NCBI GenBank assembly: GCA_965153355.1
Contig: OZ231126.1
Coordinates: 45,818,001-45,882,000, forward strand
From: Flaccisagitta enflata
Lineage: Eukaryota
Length of the DNA stretch: 64,000 nt
Direction of reading: 5' to 3'
A model generated the notes under the pieces. The model was not told the DNA's origin. It was given only the letters and a program-made list of their open reading frames with translations, and did not search any database. Below, in pieces: positions 13,929-30,406 of this stretch. A program made the translations under genes and the position numbers. Every line of letters starts with the position of its first letter. Positions within the stretch are counted from its first letter, which is position 1.

Positions 13929-16900
13929 GTGAGTTTCACAAAAAAAAATCAATTTTCTGTTTGTTTTTTCTTTTTTCTTTTTGTTTTTTTTTCTTCTTTG
14001 TTTCTTGTTTTTGTTTCTTGTTTTGTTTCTTGTTTTTTGTTTGTTTGTTTGTTTTTTTGTTTTGTTTTTTTTTTCTTCTTACCTTCATTTGTTCATTTTT
14101 TTTCTGTAAGCTGTTTTCATTTGTTTATTGAAGTGAATAATTGGGATAACATTTTTCATTCTATTTTCAACATTTTTTCTTCTGTATCTTTTTTATTCCA
14201 CGCAAAAATAACAGTTGAATTTTTTTCTCGCAATTACTCTTAATCTCATACATCAATTCTTTTCTTCCTATATCCTATCCCTTTACAGGTTTGCAAAGTG
14301 TGCTCCAAAACCTTCGCCAATATTTACCGTCTCCAACGTCACATGATTTCGCACAACGAATCCAACGAGTTGCGCAAGTTCAAATGTCCCGAGTGCATGA
14401 AGGCCTTCAAGTTCAAACATCACTTGAAGGAGCACATTCGCATTCACTCGGGCGAAAAACCCTTCGAATGCACCAACTGCGGCAAGAGATTCAGTCACTC
14501 GGGCTCCTACTCCAGTCACATGACCTCCAAGAAATGCTGGGTGATGAATCTCAAAGTGCGGAAAGCGGATCTGCAGCGGCAGCAGCGTAATGGCAATCAA
14601 TCGACGATCAACAATAGCAACACTAACAATAACAACAACTCCGGGCTTCAACAACAACTTTCCCTTCATCATCAACATCAGCAGCATTTGCAGCTACATT
14701 CACAGCATCAACAAAACTCCTCCTCCGCATTGCGTAACGGTAGTCTATCTCCCATCGCTTCGATTCACTCGTCATTGTCCCCCTCCTCATCGTTGAGCCC
14801 ATTTTCTGGTCAACCGCCTTCTCGATCCAGTTTGCCGAGTCCTTCCTCCGTCTCCAGCTGCTCCTCTAGTCTCAATCCTCTCCTCGCTGCCGCCGCGGGT
14901 CATCCGCAGCAGCAGCAACTTCATCATCAGCAGCTTCTCGGTGGAGGAATTCTCGCCGCAGAATCAGCTGCCGTCGCAGCAGCCGCTGCCGCAAATGGCG
15001 CTTCCCCTTCCTCCTCCTCCTCTCCTTCCTCGGGAGGGGATAACAAAGCGCCTCATCACTCCTCATCCTCATCCTCCTCATCGACTCAAGCGCTTGAAGA
15101 GTACCGAAAGCAGTTACTTCAGCATTACGAATTTTACAGCAATCCTTACATGAATCCTTTGTTAAGAACGCAGCTTCTGTCCAATCTCTCCGCCCAGAAT
15201 GGCGCCTTTGACAGGGAATCTTCCTCTCACGACGAAGACACCAAAGACGTCAAGGCGCAACAACAACAACTTCCTCCTTCCGACTTGACGAGTCGCAACC
15301 ACTCGCCGGGGTTTTTCTACAAAGGAGAGTCTTCTTCCTCCGAAGACAAAAAGATAGTCGACGAGTCCTCAACGAGATACTCGGGAAGCGATTCACCGAC
15401 GCATCCGACTTCCTTGAAGACGGAAGCGAAATTCGAAGATGACGACCATCAAAATTCCAACTCATCCTCCTCCGAAGAGAAGATAAGACAACAAAAGATT
15501 CATCAACAATCACCGCAAAATCAACAGCAACAACAACAACTTCAACAAAGTCGCGACGGTAGTGACATCAAAATGGAGAAAGAAGAAGCGGCGTCCGAAG
15601 CCGCATCGGTCAACGGCGACCGACTCGACGACGGCACTAAAAGCGAAGTCGACGACGACTCTTTCTCTCTCAACGACGAAGAGAAGAAGATGCTGAAGGA
15701 ATTGTCGGAAGTGGAAGAGAATTCGTCGACGGACGACTTGTCCGCATCCTCGACGTCGATGATCAAAATAATGCGTCCAATGCTTCGTCAGGGAGAACAT
15801 GGCGAGAACCACAACGATTTCGACGAAGACGATGAAAGAGACGAAGAAGATCGCCGACGAGACGACGACGATGATGACGAAGAAGATGGTAAATCCAATC
15901 ACGGTGGCGCCGATGGAACCAACGGAGAGTGTGACGACAACGCCGGAAATGGCGCTAATGGAGAAGAAAACGGCGCCATCGGTGGCGTCGGCGGCGTTCA
16001 TTTGGGTGGAGACGCCGGAGAAGCCGGTAAGAAATACCGCGTTCGAAGTCTCATCAACGAAGACCATCTCCGCGTCCTCAAGCAATATTACGCCCACAAT
16101 TCCCGGCCCAAGAAATACGAGTTGATTCGCATCGGTCGAGAAATTGGCTTTTCAAAAAGAGTCGTCCAAGTTTGGTTTCAAAACATGAGAGCGAGAGACC
16201 GCAGAAAAGCGCGCGAGGGAGGCAATAACGGTTCATCGGCGACGGCTGGATCGGCCACGTCGCTCGCATCCGGCGTGGTTGTGCCGATGTCGGCTTTGTC
16301 GCCGCACGCCAACGTCGCTTCGCATCTTCTTCTCAACAAGCCAGACGCGGCCTTCCTCTCATCCACCTCCTCTTCATCCTCGGTCAAATTCCCCTCCGCC
16401 GCATCTCCTTCCGCAGCCGCCGCTTCTTCATCCTCCTCAGCCATGGATCTTCCGTTTACTCCCGAGGCGTTGCTGATTCATCAGCAATATCTGAAGCAGC
16501 TGCAAGCGGCAGTCGCGGCGGAACAAAGTCAAAACAATAATGACAACAAAAACAGCAACAATAACAACAACAATCGGTCTTCTTCTTCATCGACGAGGGA
16601 AGACCTGCCCCTCGATTTGTCGAAAAGAGGCGACGAAGATGATGAGGATGATGAGGAAGACAATCACCGCCGACGTAGAGAAGCCGCCGCTGCGGCGGCC
16701 GCAGCCGCTATGGATCCGCTGCATCCGGCTCTGGCCCTGACGCATCCCCATCTGTTGCCCCCGCATCTGCAGAGCGCGCTCCTTCCTTTCATGCACGGAG
16801 ATGGCATCGACTCGAATAGAAAAATGATTCCTTCAGCATCTCAGATCATTCCGGAAAATACGGTCCTTAATCTTTCCAAGAAATCTGAGGAGTTGGGGCA

Positions 16901-16932
16901 AACGTTTTCTGGTGAGTTTATTTCGTTGTTAA

Positions 16933-16968
<36 letters not shown>

Positions 16969-17018
16969 GGTTGTGGTTGTGGTTGTGGTTGTGGTTGTTG
17001 TTGTTGTTGTTGTTGTTT

Positions 17019-17111
<93 letters not shown>

Positions 17112-17114
17112 TTC

Positions 17115-17180
<66 letters not shown>

Positions 17181-19281
17181 GGCAACAAATTCGAGGACTC
17201 AACCCTCTACAAGTACATGCAACAGGAAGGTTTGTTTCACTCCTCCGACCGCCGCCATTCACGTAGCGGAGGAGAGTCATCCTCCTCCTCCTCTTCCTCA
17301 TTACATCATCTCCATTCCTCTCATCCTCATCATCAACAACAACAACAACAACAACAGCGTCTCTCTTCGCCTTCGCCTCGTCGCTCTCCATCGGCGTTAG
17401 ACGCCTCCTCTTCCTCTTCCTCCTCGCCTCGTCGGCGCCGATCTCCCGGCGTCGGCGGCAGAATCTCATCCTCTCTTCATCCTCATCCTCATCATCCTCG
17501 CGCATCCTCGCGTCAATCCTCGTGTTCCGGCGGCGAAGGTGAACGCGATGGAGGCAGAGATGAAAGCGGCAGAGTCGAAGGCGCTTCCTCGCCGCTTCCG
17601 CTTCCGTTGACGCATCCGTCGCTTCCGAGATCCGGATCTCCCCGATCTCGATCCGCGTCGCCGATTCGCCGCCACAACAACGGCGATGAAGACAACACCG
17701 TCGACGGCGACAACAACAAAGGCGAAAATAACAATCACGTTTACTTGGGATCCTCATCAACATCCTCGTCCGCTTCCGAACTGAAAATCGCTATCCCTGG
17801 CGAAGCGGGTGACACTCATCACCCAAATCATCACCATCATCTCAATCAGCCTCATCATCGGCATCACCACCGCCTCTCCATGTCACCGAGAGGGTTGGAG
17901 GGTCGCAGTCATAGTGGCAACAACAATCACAATAATAACGCGGCGTCGCCATCAGCGAGTCACGTCTCACACTGCAGCAGCCTCAGCAACGGCGGCAGCA
18001 GCAGTAACAACAACAACAGCAATCAGGGTCATCATCATCATTCCTCATCTTCATCACATCATCATCATCAACCTCATCCGTCAGATCGATCGCCTCATCA
18101 TTTAATGGCGCCCTTTGGAGCCGCTTCTCCTCCCAATGGCGCCGCTTTCAACCCGTTCTTCCCCGCCGGCGCAGCGCCGCTTTTGCTCAACGGCGGCTTT
18201 AGTGCCGCTGCCGCAGCTGCCGCGGCTTTGCAGCAGCAGCAACAGCAACTTTCCTCCTCCGGCGGGCTGTCCGGGTCCTCAGCGACCCTGCCCAACGGTA
18301 TCTCGCCGCCCGGCGTTTTTGACCCTGCCACACTGGCGCTTCTGGAACATCGTTCAGGATTCAACCTCGAATCCACGCTCTTCCACTATCGGCTCATGCA
18401 ACATCACCACCAAAAAACACTCGGCAAGAGACCGGTAAGTCTTACAAAAGATCCTGCTTGAGCGATTCATTCATTCAATCATTCGATATTTTTCTCATAA
18501 TTTTTCTGTATAGTTTGTCTATTTCCAGTTTATTTCATTCATTCATTTATTCATTCATTCATTCATTCATTCATTCATTCATTCATTCATTCAATCATTC
18601 ATTCATTCATTCATTCATTCATTCATTCATTCATTCATTCATTCATTCATTCATTTTTTCATTCATTTATTCATTCATTCATTCATTTATTCATTCATTT
18701 ATTCATTCATTCATTCACAAATTATTTCGATTCGCTCTTTTATTCACTCTAAATCCTAATTCCTTCATCCTTATTTTCCCGCACACAGTTCGAAGCGGAA
18801 GAGTCTGAATTTGAGGATGCTGGATCGATGGACAGCGATGGGAATCCCCTTCGGCGCCTCAAGTCGTCCAAATCTTCGTCGTCGGCGGCGTCGGCATTTG
18901 CCGGATCTGCCGGCGCTTCCGGCGGAGACCCGACCGGCGAATTTTCTTGTGACCAGTGTGATAAGGTCTTCTCGAAGCAAAGCTCTTTGGCGAGACATAA
19001 ATACGAACACTCAGGTATAGATACGTGCTCCCTGTATTTTTTGGAATGTAATTGGGAAAGATTATTACTGAATGATTGATCAATTGATTGTTTCATTTGA
19101 CTCATTGATAGATTGGCGATTTAACAGACTGATTGATGAATGGATTTAAACATTGACGATCAAATTTTTTGTGATAGGGAATGTTTAATTCATTGCTTGC
19201 ATTCATTTGAATTCATTTGCATTTGCATTTGCATTTGCATTCATTTACTTGCATTCATTTGCTTGATAAATTGTTATATCA

Positions 19282-19339
<58 letters not shown>

Positions 19340-19592
19340 AACACCAAAGATCGATGAATCTCTGAATGAGTTGTTCATTTGTTTTCCAGGTGCTCGTCCT
19401 TTTTCATGCGACGTCTGCGGGAAGGCCTTTAAACACAAGCACCATCTCACGGAGCACAAAAGGCTGCACTCGGGCGAAAAGCCCTTCCAATGCAAAAAAT
19501 GCCTCAAGAGATTCTCGCATTCCGGAAGTTATTCGCAGCACATTAACCACCGGTAAGCGATAGTGGATGATGATGATGATGATGATGATGAA

Positions 19593-19662
<70 letters not shown>

Positions 19663-19849
19663 ATATGGTGCGCAAATCATCAGAATTTTGTGATGATATG
19701 ATTTGTTTCTTTACAGATGTCGAACCACCGGGGCCAACGATAATATCCTTTCGATTGAGGGTCAAGCGGCGGCGGCAGCGGCGGCAATGTCCGCCATGAC
19801 GGCCGCTCTGCCTCCACCGCCCCCACCGCCGCACCCCCTTCACGACTGA
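12547..19849 (+). CDS. zfh1: Zinc-finger homeodomain transcriptional repressor, Zfh1/ZEB family (6 visible coding exons; 5'-most exon not found)
   Basis: Exons 12547-13928, 14289-16911, 17182-18434, 18789-19014, 19390-19552 and 19717-19849 have GT-AG boundaries and join in one frame (about 1925 aa visible). ZEB hallmarks: N-terminal cluster [51 protein letters not shown], central homeodomain, PLDLS/VLNLS motifs, C-terminal cluster CDQC/CDVC/CKKC ending [15 protein letters not shown]. Confidence 0.95.
14289..16911 (+). CDS. zfh1: zfh1/ZEB exon: three zinc fingers, homeodomain, CtBP-binding motifs
   Basis: Acceptor ctttacag at 14288; donor G|GTGAGT at 16912. Homeodomain 16029-16208 ([18 protein letters not shown]...[18 protein letters not shown]); PLDLS 16608-16622; VLNLS 16863-16877. 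Confidence 0.95.
17182..18434 (+). CDS. zfh1: zfh1/ZEB low-complexity exon (S/H/R/N-rich)
   Basis: Acceptor (CT)n-catcag at 17181; donor CCG|GTAAGT at 18435; open in the same frame as the flanking exons. Confidence 0.85.
18789..19014 (+). CDS. zfh1: zfh1/ZEB exon, first C-terminal zinc finger
   Basis: Acceptor cacag at 18788; encodes [24 protein letters not shown]; donor G|GTATAG. Confidence 0.93.
19390..19552 (+). CDS. zfh1: zfh1/ZEB exon, last two zinc fingers
   Basis: Acceptor ttttccag; encodes [53 protein letters not shown]; donor CG|GTAAGC. Confidence 0.95.
19717..19849 (+). CDS. zfh1: zfh1/ZEB terminal coding exon
   Basis: Acceptor tttctttacag at 19716; a phase 2 join gives [44 protein letters not shown] then TGA. 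Confidence 0.75.
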
Positions 19850-19989
19850 GCGTTATACCTTGCATGACAATGCATGTGGCAAACGACATCGATGATAAGG
19901 ATGACGATGATGACGATGACGAAAAGAATAACGATGATTAGCTTCAGCAGCGACCCTGATGGAAGAAAAAAAACAATAACTTCAACATC

Positions 19990-20073
<84 letters not shown>

Positions 20074-20746
20074 AATAACACGATAACAGCAAACAAAAGA
20101 CTGCCTCATTCTCTAGTTCGCTCTTTGGCTTTTGTGTCTACATGACATACAACTAAAAACGAAAACGACAATCTTATTTTATTCGCTTTCATTCCGTCTG
20201 ATAAACAATGTCAATTGAGATTCACTGTGTCGGGAGAATCTTTTTTTTTTTTTTTTTTTTTTTTTTTGCCCCATCTCACATTTCTTAAAAAAGAAAAAGA
20301 ATATGCCACCAAAGTTTAGTTTGTAGTCATTCTCGTTGAGATGATACTCTTATCTTTAGAAAGAAATATGAATCTTTAAAATACAAACTAACTTTAACCA
20401 AGTGACTAAGATTTAAAACATCGACCAAATTTTCTTGCCTTCTCGTCAATACTTTTTTTCTTCTGCCACGTTGTTGTCACTGATCAGAATTGTTAAAACA
20501 AAAATTGTGCGCGAAATTATCTTTCTTTTTTTTATAAATTCTGGCCAATGACAAAATTTGTATGTTGTTTTCTTCATCTTTATGTTTTATCTCCACAACT
20601 AAGTCATGTTGCTCTATATCTTTTTTTCTCTCCTAGTGAGCGATATTTATTACTTTTTTATGTAATTTATGATAGACATGGGTTTTTCGGTCGTTTGTAG
20701 ACAAAGATTTCCATCATACCATCTAGAACAGTAGCTTGTGCTTTTA

Positions 20747-22272
<1,526 letters not shown>

Positions 22273-22547
22273 ATAGAAATTATGAATCGTAGAATTATTA
22301 GTCAATTGTTGCAAATTTTGTATCTCTCTCTCTCTTTGACTTTGTTTTCTACTCTCTTTCTCTCTCCTACTTGATTACACTATGGTGATATTGTGATTAT
22401 TGCTTTCTCCAGGTTGAATGTCTTATTTCTTCACTCGTTTCTCCTTCGGTTGTATCAATTTATTTTTCTTTATTTTTCAAGAAACAAGGAACTTCTACTG
22501 CACCAAAAGCTTTCTTTTAAGTTAAATGATGAGGTTAATGGAAGAGC

Positions 22548-22639
<92 letters not shown>

Positions 22640-23029
22640 ATATATACGGAATTTTAACAATGATGTCGACGTCACAGATTCACTTCACTTATGACAAAAT
22701 CTATTGTAGAACACCTCTTAGTGCATTGAAATATTAGTTCCATACTATGAATAATAATAAAGTGATGTACGTACCAGATGAAAAGAAACGACTTTTCTTT
22801 TATAAGAAAACAACACTAGATGACGGTTGTGCACTAGCGGTCAGTCAGACATTTAAGTTTCGAAAAAAAGCAGTTAGATGAATATGACGTGATGGGAACA
22901 GAGATCTTCTCAGTTAATTATTTAGTCTGTTTAGTGGTAGTTTAAGAAACCAGTGGCTGTCGCCAAACATGTGAATTGCAGGTGCAATTGACAACATGCG
23001 CAGTGAAAATACTTTGTGTGTGTGAATGT

Positions 23030-23330
23030 GCCAAAACCCACTTTTGTATTGCAAATGAATAAGTAAAAAACGGCATAGCCAAAACCCACTTTTGTAAAGA
23101 AAATAGATAAGGGAAAAACGGCATAGCCAAAACTCACTTTTGTATTGAAAATAGATAAGTGAAAAACGGCATAGCCAAAACCTGCTTTTGTATTGAAAAT
23201 AGATAAATGAAAAACGGCATAGCCAAAACTCACTTTTGTATTGAAAACAAATAGGTGAAAAATGGCATAGCCAATGCCAACTTATGTAATGAATATAAGT
23301 AAGGGAAAAACGGCATGGTTAAAACCCACT
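23030..23330. repeat. 48-bp minisatellite, about 6 copies
   Basis: aaaacggcatagccaaaac.cacttttgtattgaaaatagataag recurs with a 48-bp period. Confidence 0.9.
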
Positions 23331-23455
23331 GTGCTGGAAAAAAAAGAAAAAAGCCATGGAGCAAAGTTAAAGTGAATTGCTTAACGCAATTCACAATGAA
23401 ATAAGCAAAAGGTCAAGGCATTGAAGACTGTTGTTTTGCCTTTGGTACGCGATGA

Positions 23456-23570
23456 AACAAGGCCGAATACGCGGCCACCCCAGTCGTGTGCAAGTGGGCA
23501 GGGGCCATATTTGAGGACGGACCGACAGACGGACGGGCAAAGCGGGGTGAAGAGTCGCGTAGCCAGCGCT
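23456..23570 (-). mobile_element. Short HINE/DINE-1-like element, family A (degenerate)
   Basis: aacaaggccgaatacgcggcc ... gggcaggggcc ... gacggac repeats ... agagtcgcgt. Confidence 0.65.
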
Positions 23571-25175
23571 AGGAGTACAGACCAGAATGTGCACCCGATG
23601 AATCGCCGAGCGAATGCGTGACTGACCGATGGACCTACAGACCGACACGCCGATCCTGTTTAAACTAGCCCTAAGGATAGAAGCATTAACTCGGATTGGG
23701 TGTGGGTGATAACTGGCTGATTTTGGTACAGATCGACGCTGCGACAACTGTGCAATGGGTGTGAGAAAAAGTTACGACGCAGAGGGCTTATGCGCGAGCC
23801 AACAACGATGAAAGTAAAATTTTGACAAAGGGAACAAAAGAAAATTCCTTTGACTCAATCATTTTGTAATGATATCATTTCGACAACGATTTTAGCCAAA
23901 CCTTCCCCTTTATTTATAAATAGATATCAAAGATTGAATTGAATCGCCCGCATGAAAAAAGGATCAGATTTTGCTTGCTCCTCGGGCACCTAAGTGGCCA
24001 CTCTCTCGACTGTAAGTGTAAGATCAAACCAGGTCTTTGCTTATGACGGCTAGCATCTGATGGCAAGATTTAGTGTGTCAACGGGGGTAAAAAAAGAAAA
24101 TTCTATGAGAATAAAAGTAAGAAAAAACATAAAAAGAATCATTGAGGTATATCCTAGTAAATATTCTAGTGCAAAATTTGCATCCAAATAGTAAAAAAGA
24201 GCAAGTAAAGCTAACATTAACTAATTATTTTTACTTAAAAATATTCAAAATTCAATAATTTGTTCACTGATAGGAGGCTTGTCAAAATTATAACTTTGCA
24301 TGGAAAATGAAAAAACGCAAAAATGAAGAACATAGCCCCCTTCCAAGCTTGACTATGGAGGGGGCTATGTTCTTAGAAATGCAAAATTTCTTTGCATTTG
24401 TGTGTCTTATAATTTTGACAGCAGCAATAAGACAAAAAATGTAAGCACAATTTTTTTAAAAATCCTTTTTTCCTTTGCTTTTCTCATATGAATTGCTGAT
24501 TTAAAGGTTCATTTGACTTCAACTTAAGGCAGAGACATAAACATAGAGTATTACTGGAGACAATTTGTCTCATGAAAATATCTGTTGCATCATAATTATT
24601 CAACTATAGTTGAAAAAATGGGGTGAATCACTAAATGTTGACATCAATTGCTCGCCGTCTTATGCATACAGTTGAGCTCTTTGCTGATACATTCAGTTGA
24701 GCTTCACTAAAGTGTATGCCACGGGACTGTCTTTTTGTCTATACTATAGCAACTACAAAATCTCTCATGAGGCTGTAACTCGCGCATGCATTGTATGGGG
24801 GCATGCCTTGATAGCGGGTGTGCCTCAGCCGTGCTGCACATATATCTGATTTCAAAGGTTCCAGAGACTGGTCTTGGCATGGTGCGGCTGCCCTTCTCAC
24901 CTCATCACATCCTGACGTCAACCAACTCAGAGGGTACCGCTGACAATCGGAACGCTTTTTCGACTCTTTTGCGTGATATAAGTTCTAGTGACTCAAGATC
25001 TAATGATAGTGAATTCATTTTCTACCTAATTGTGCCTTCCGGGCCATCATGTTACATCGGTTGCCTCCATCCACGCATACGAAACTTGACAATTTCTTCG
25101 TGATTTAACCATTTTGTCCAAAAAGTTGATACAGAGACGCGACTTTTTTTTTTTTTTCTTTTTTTGCCCCCATCC

Positions 25176-26520
<1,345 letters not shown>

Positions 26521-26524
26521 CCCC

Positions 26525-26629
<105 letters not shown>

Positions 26630-27965
26630 TTCATTCTCATTTTCGTCGCTCCATCTCACTCTCTCTCTCTTTCTCTTTCACCCTTGCAAATTTTGCCGGT
26701 GACCTCTTCATCCATCTTTTGAAGCTTTTTATCTCCATTATAATTTTCTCCTTTACCTTTCATTTCAGCTTCTCTTTGACTCATAGTTTGACCCCAATCT
26801 CCGGAGTCTCCTAAACCCATTCAAACTCTATTGGCCCCGTCTGCCATCTTCCCACCGCCCGTGTCAAATACGCCTTCTTTTGCCTTGATAATCTCTCTTT
26901 GAGGAGTTTCCTTATATGTATTCCTTTCTTCTTCTCTTTTCTTTTTTCTTTTTTATGGTTTTTTTTCCTTGCCTTTCCTTTGTATTTCTTTTTTTTTCCA
27001 TTCTGATATACAATGAAGAGTAGAAAAAAGAAGTCTATTGTCCCAAATGTGACGTGATCATCGTTGTTTGCCTCCACTTTGTATATATGGAGATGTACTT
27101 AGAGGCATGGATTGGTATGTCATTGAAAGTCAAACGAAAAACATGATAGCATGATGGCAATGTGGTTGTGAGTTTTGCAGTTGCGCTATTCATTCTGGAA
27201 TAGCCAGTAAATGATACTCATTTCACGATGAATGTCAGTTTTGAGGATCTATTCTATAGAGAATAATACGCAAATACGTAACCATTGCAAAAAGATACGT
27301 TTGTATGTTCAAATGGTTTGTTTATTATCTCTTAGTTGAAGTTTGATGTCTTTACGTCTCCCAAAATACTGAAAACAAAACATCAATGAGCATTCCTAAA
27401 AATGACGACAGCCTTTACTTTTCCTGTCTGTATAAGGTTCTATGTGTGGTGGTTTCAATCTTCGTTTTAGCAAAAAACTTTCAGTTTAAATCGAATTCAA
27501 AACCCATTTTGTTCAACTCTTTCCACAATTGCTTCCTCTCTACCTGCGGACCCCATTTTCCCACCTTTCCATTGCTTTGCTTCTCTTTTTCCAAATTAAA
27601 GGTTGTTTTCTATCTTTCTCTCCTTGTGTCTGTCTCTGTCGTTGTCGATTTGTCTCCTCTGTGGCTGTATCTCTGAATTTGTCCATTTTTGTTCTTCTTT
27701 AGGTTTCTGTCAAACTCTCTTTGTCTCTCTTTCTCTCTGTGAGTCTCTCTCTTTCTACGTTCCCGTCCGTCTGTTTGTTGGTCTGTCTTTTTCTGTCCAA
27801 TAATCTGTCTACCTATCTATCTATCCATCTACCTCTCACTGTCTCTGTCTGTCTCTTTCTCTGTCTCACTCTGTCTCTCTCTGTGTCTCTCTGTGTCTCT
27901 CAGTGTCTTTCTGTGTCTCTCTGTGTGTCTCTCTGTCTCTGCCTGTCTCTCTCTCTCTGTCTCTG

Positions 27966-28082
<117 letters not shown>

Positions 28083-28828
28083 CTCTCTCTCTCTGCCTCC
28101 TCTCTGCCTGTTTCTCTCTCTCTCTTTTCAACTTTCTTTGTCTCCTTCCACTTTTTCGGAGGAATTCAATTTCGTGGCGTCCTGGCCTTTACTTTGCATA
28201 ACAACGTCGGTGGTCGGGAAAGGTGAACGTTTAAGACCCTCCGTGGGACCGTAGAATAGATTACGTCCTTAACTTTTTATAGAAAAAATTCCACCGCGTT
28301 GCCGTTCAAAGATCGTCGCAGAATGAAACAGCGAGAGGTATAAAGGGAGAAGGTGGCAAATCGAGAGGTAGACAGCGTTTTTGAGGAACGGAGAGCTCTG
28401 GAGGCAAAAAGGGGGTTGGAGGTTGCTTGATGCTGAATGGTGGGAAGGGAAAAATTTAAAGCGAAACATAAAGAGAAGAGTTGGAGTTTTAAGTTTATGG
28501 GGGCGAGACGGCGAATTCAGTGGTAAGTGATAGGAGGCGGGATGGCAGGTAGATGAAGAAAAGAATGGGAGGCTAAGTACTGATGGAGCGCAGGAGAGAT
28601 AATGGAGTGGCGGTAGATCCAATACTAGAGTTGAAACTATGAAGGCGCACAGGATGGCGAACTTCCGGTCTCATATTGAAACAATGAATGAAGATAGAAT
28701 ATACTACACTCAAGCAAACGTACCTCCGCCCAAGCACACTCTCTGAAACACATTTACTCACTCTCTGACTCTCTCTGCCACTGTCTGTCTGTCTGTCAGT
28801 CTATCTAAAGTGTCTGACTGCCTGTGAG

Positions 28829-28917
<89 letters not shown>

Positions 28918-29280
28918 ACTATCACGAGAACTGTCTCACGGGGATGAGTCATTGAAAATGCCAAGTTAAGTTGACATTCAATTAACCCTTATCCTTCCAC
29001 GCCTTTTCCCTCGCCTCCGCTTTTCCCTCAAAAGAAAAACAATTTAGTCTTTTTAATCGAAAATGAATTCGCTCTTCGTTCGTTTTTGTTACGCCTCAAT
29101 CCAGGTGAATGAATACTAATTAACGGAATTGAATTTAATTAGGCGGAAAATGAAAAGACAGGAGGAAAAAAGGTTCTGTCCTGAAAAAAAGCCGATAAGC
29201 GTACATACACTAACGTATTACATACGTTCTTGTTGATTTTTCTTTTTTTCTCATCATTAATAAAAGCATGTTTGAAAAGA

Positions 29281-29815
29281 TGAATGAATTAATGAATGAA
29301 TGAAGGAATGAATGAATGAATGAATGAATGAATGAATGAATGAATGAATGACGGAATGAATGAATGGACGAATGAATGAATGAATGAATGAATTAATGAA
29401 TGAATGAATGAATGAATGAATGAATGAATGAAAAAAGAATGAAAAAAAGAATGAAAGAATGATTGAATGAATGAATGAATGAATGAACGAATGAGTCAAT
29501 GAATGAATGAATGAATGAATGAATGAATGAGTGAATGAATGAATGAATGAATGAATGAATGAATGAATGAATGAATGAATGAATGAATGAATGAATCAAC
29601 GAATGAATGAAATAATGAATGAATTAATGAATGAATGAATGAATGAATGAATGAATGAATGAATGAATGAATGAATGAATGAATGAATGAACGAACGAAT
29701 GAATGAATGAATGAATGAATGAATGATTGAATGATCGAATGAATGAATGAATGAATGAATGAATGAATGAATGAATGAATGAATGATTCAATCAATGAAT
29801 GAATGAATCAATGAA
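29281..29815. repeat. (GAAT)n microsatellite
   Basis: About 530 bp of near-perfect tetramer. Confidence 0.95.
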
Positions 29816-29932
29816 TAGAGATTTAGACGGGGAGTGGATCGTCGAACGAATGCGTCAGCCTACCGACCGACCTTATATGAACGAGATTCATGTAAAATTA
29901 AACAAGTGACGTTGGGTCACAATCACCCATCC

Positions 29933-30015
<83 letters not shown>

Positions 30016-30197
30016 GCAGATAAAAACAATGGCATGGCAGCATCAAAAATGCGCGTTTTCGCACTTTTCAACTCGATCACAATGGACGGACCAAGAGACG
30101 GACCGACGGACAGACCGATGGACGGACCGATGGACGGATAAAGCCTTTCATAGAGTTGCGACCAAAAAACAATTTGAGGGCGCAATTTCTTGAAAAT

Positions 30198-30406
30198 AAC
30201 AAGGCCGGATACACGGCTACCCCAGTGGCGTGCGGATGGGCAGGGGCCGTAATTGAGGTCACCAGATCATTTGGGCAGGAGCAGTGAAGCCAAAAATCCC
30301 AAAAACCCAAAAAAAGTAAAGTGTGACGGACGGACCGACCGACGGACGGACGGACCGACGGACGGACCGACAAAGCGGGGTGTAGAGTCGCGTAGCACGC
30401 GACTAA
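30198..30406 (-). mobile_element. Short HINE/DINE-1-like element, family A
   Basis: aacaaggccggatacacggc ... (gacg/gacc)n ... tagagtcgcgtagcacgcgactaa. Confidence 0.8.

Noticed and set aside
13929-14243. Phe-rich C-terminus of the 590-aa ORF
   Set aside because: It is T-rich intron sequence after a strong GTGAGT donor.
14298-18461. Single 1387-aa ORF with a transmembrane-like poly-Leu segment
   Set aside because: It reads through a canonical GT-AG intron (16912-17181), and the real exon boundaries differ at both ends.
22951-23331. cagtgg...ccactg as transposon termini around the 48-bp array
   Set aside because: There are only 6 bp of inverted match and no TSD.
28651-28670. YY1/ETS-like motifs (aggatggcg, acttccgg) as a promoter
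   Set aside because: They are isolated short motifs with no associated gene start.
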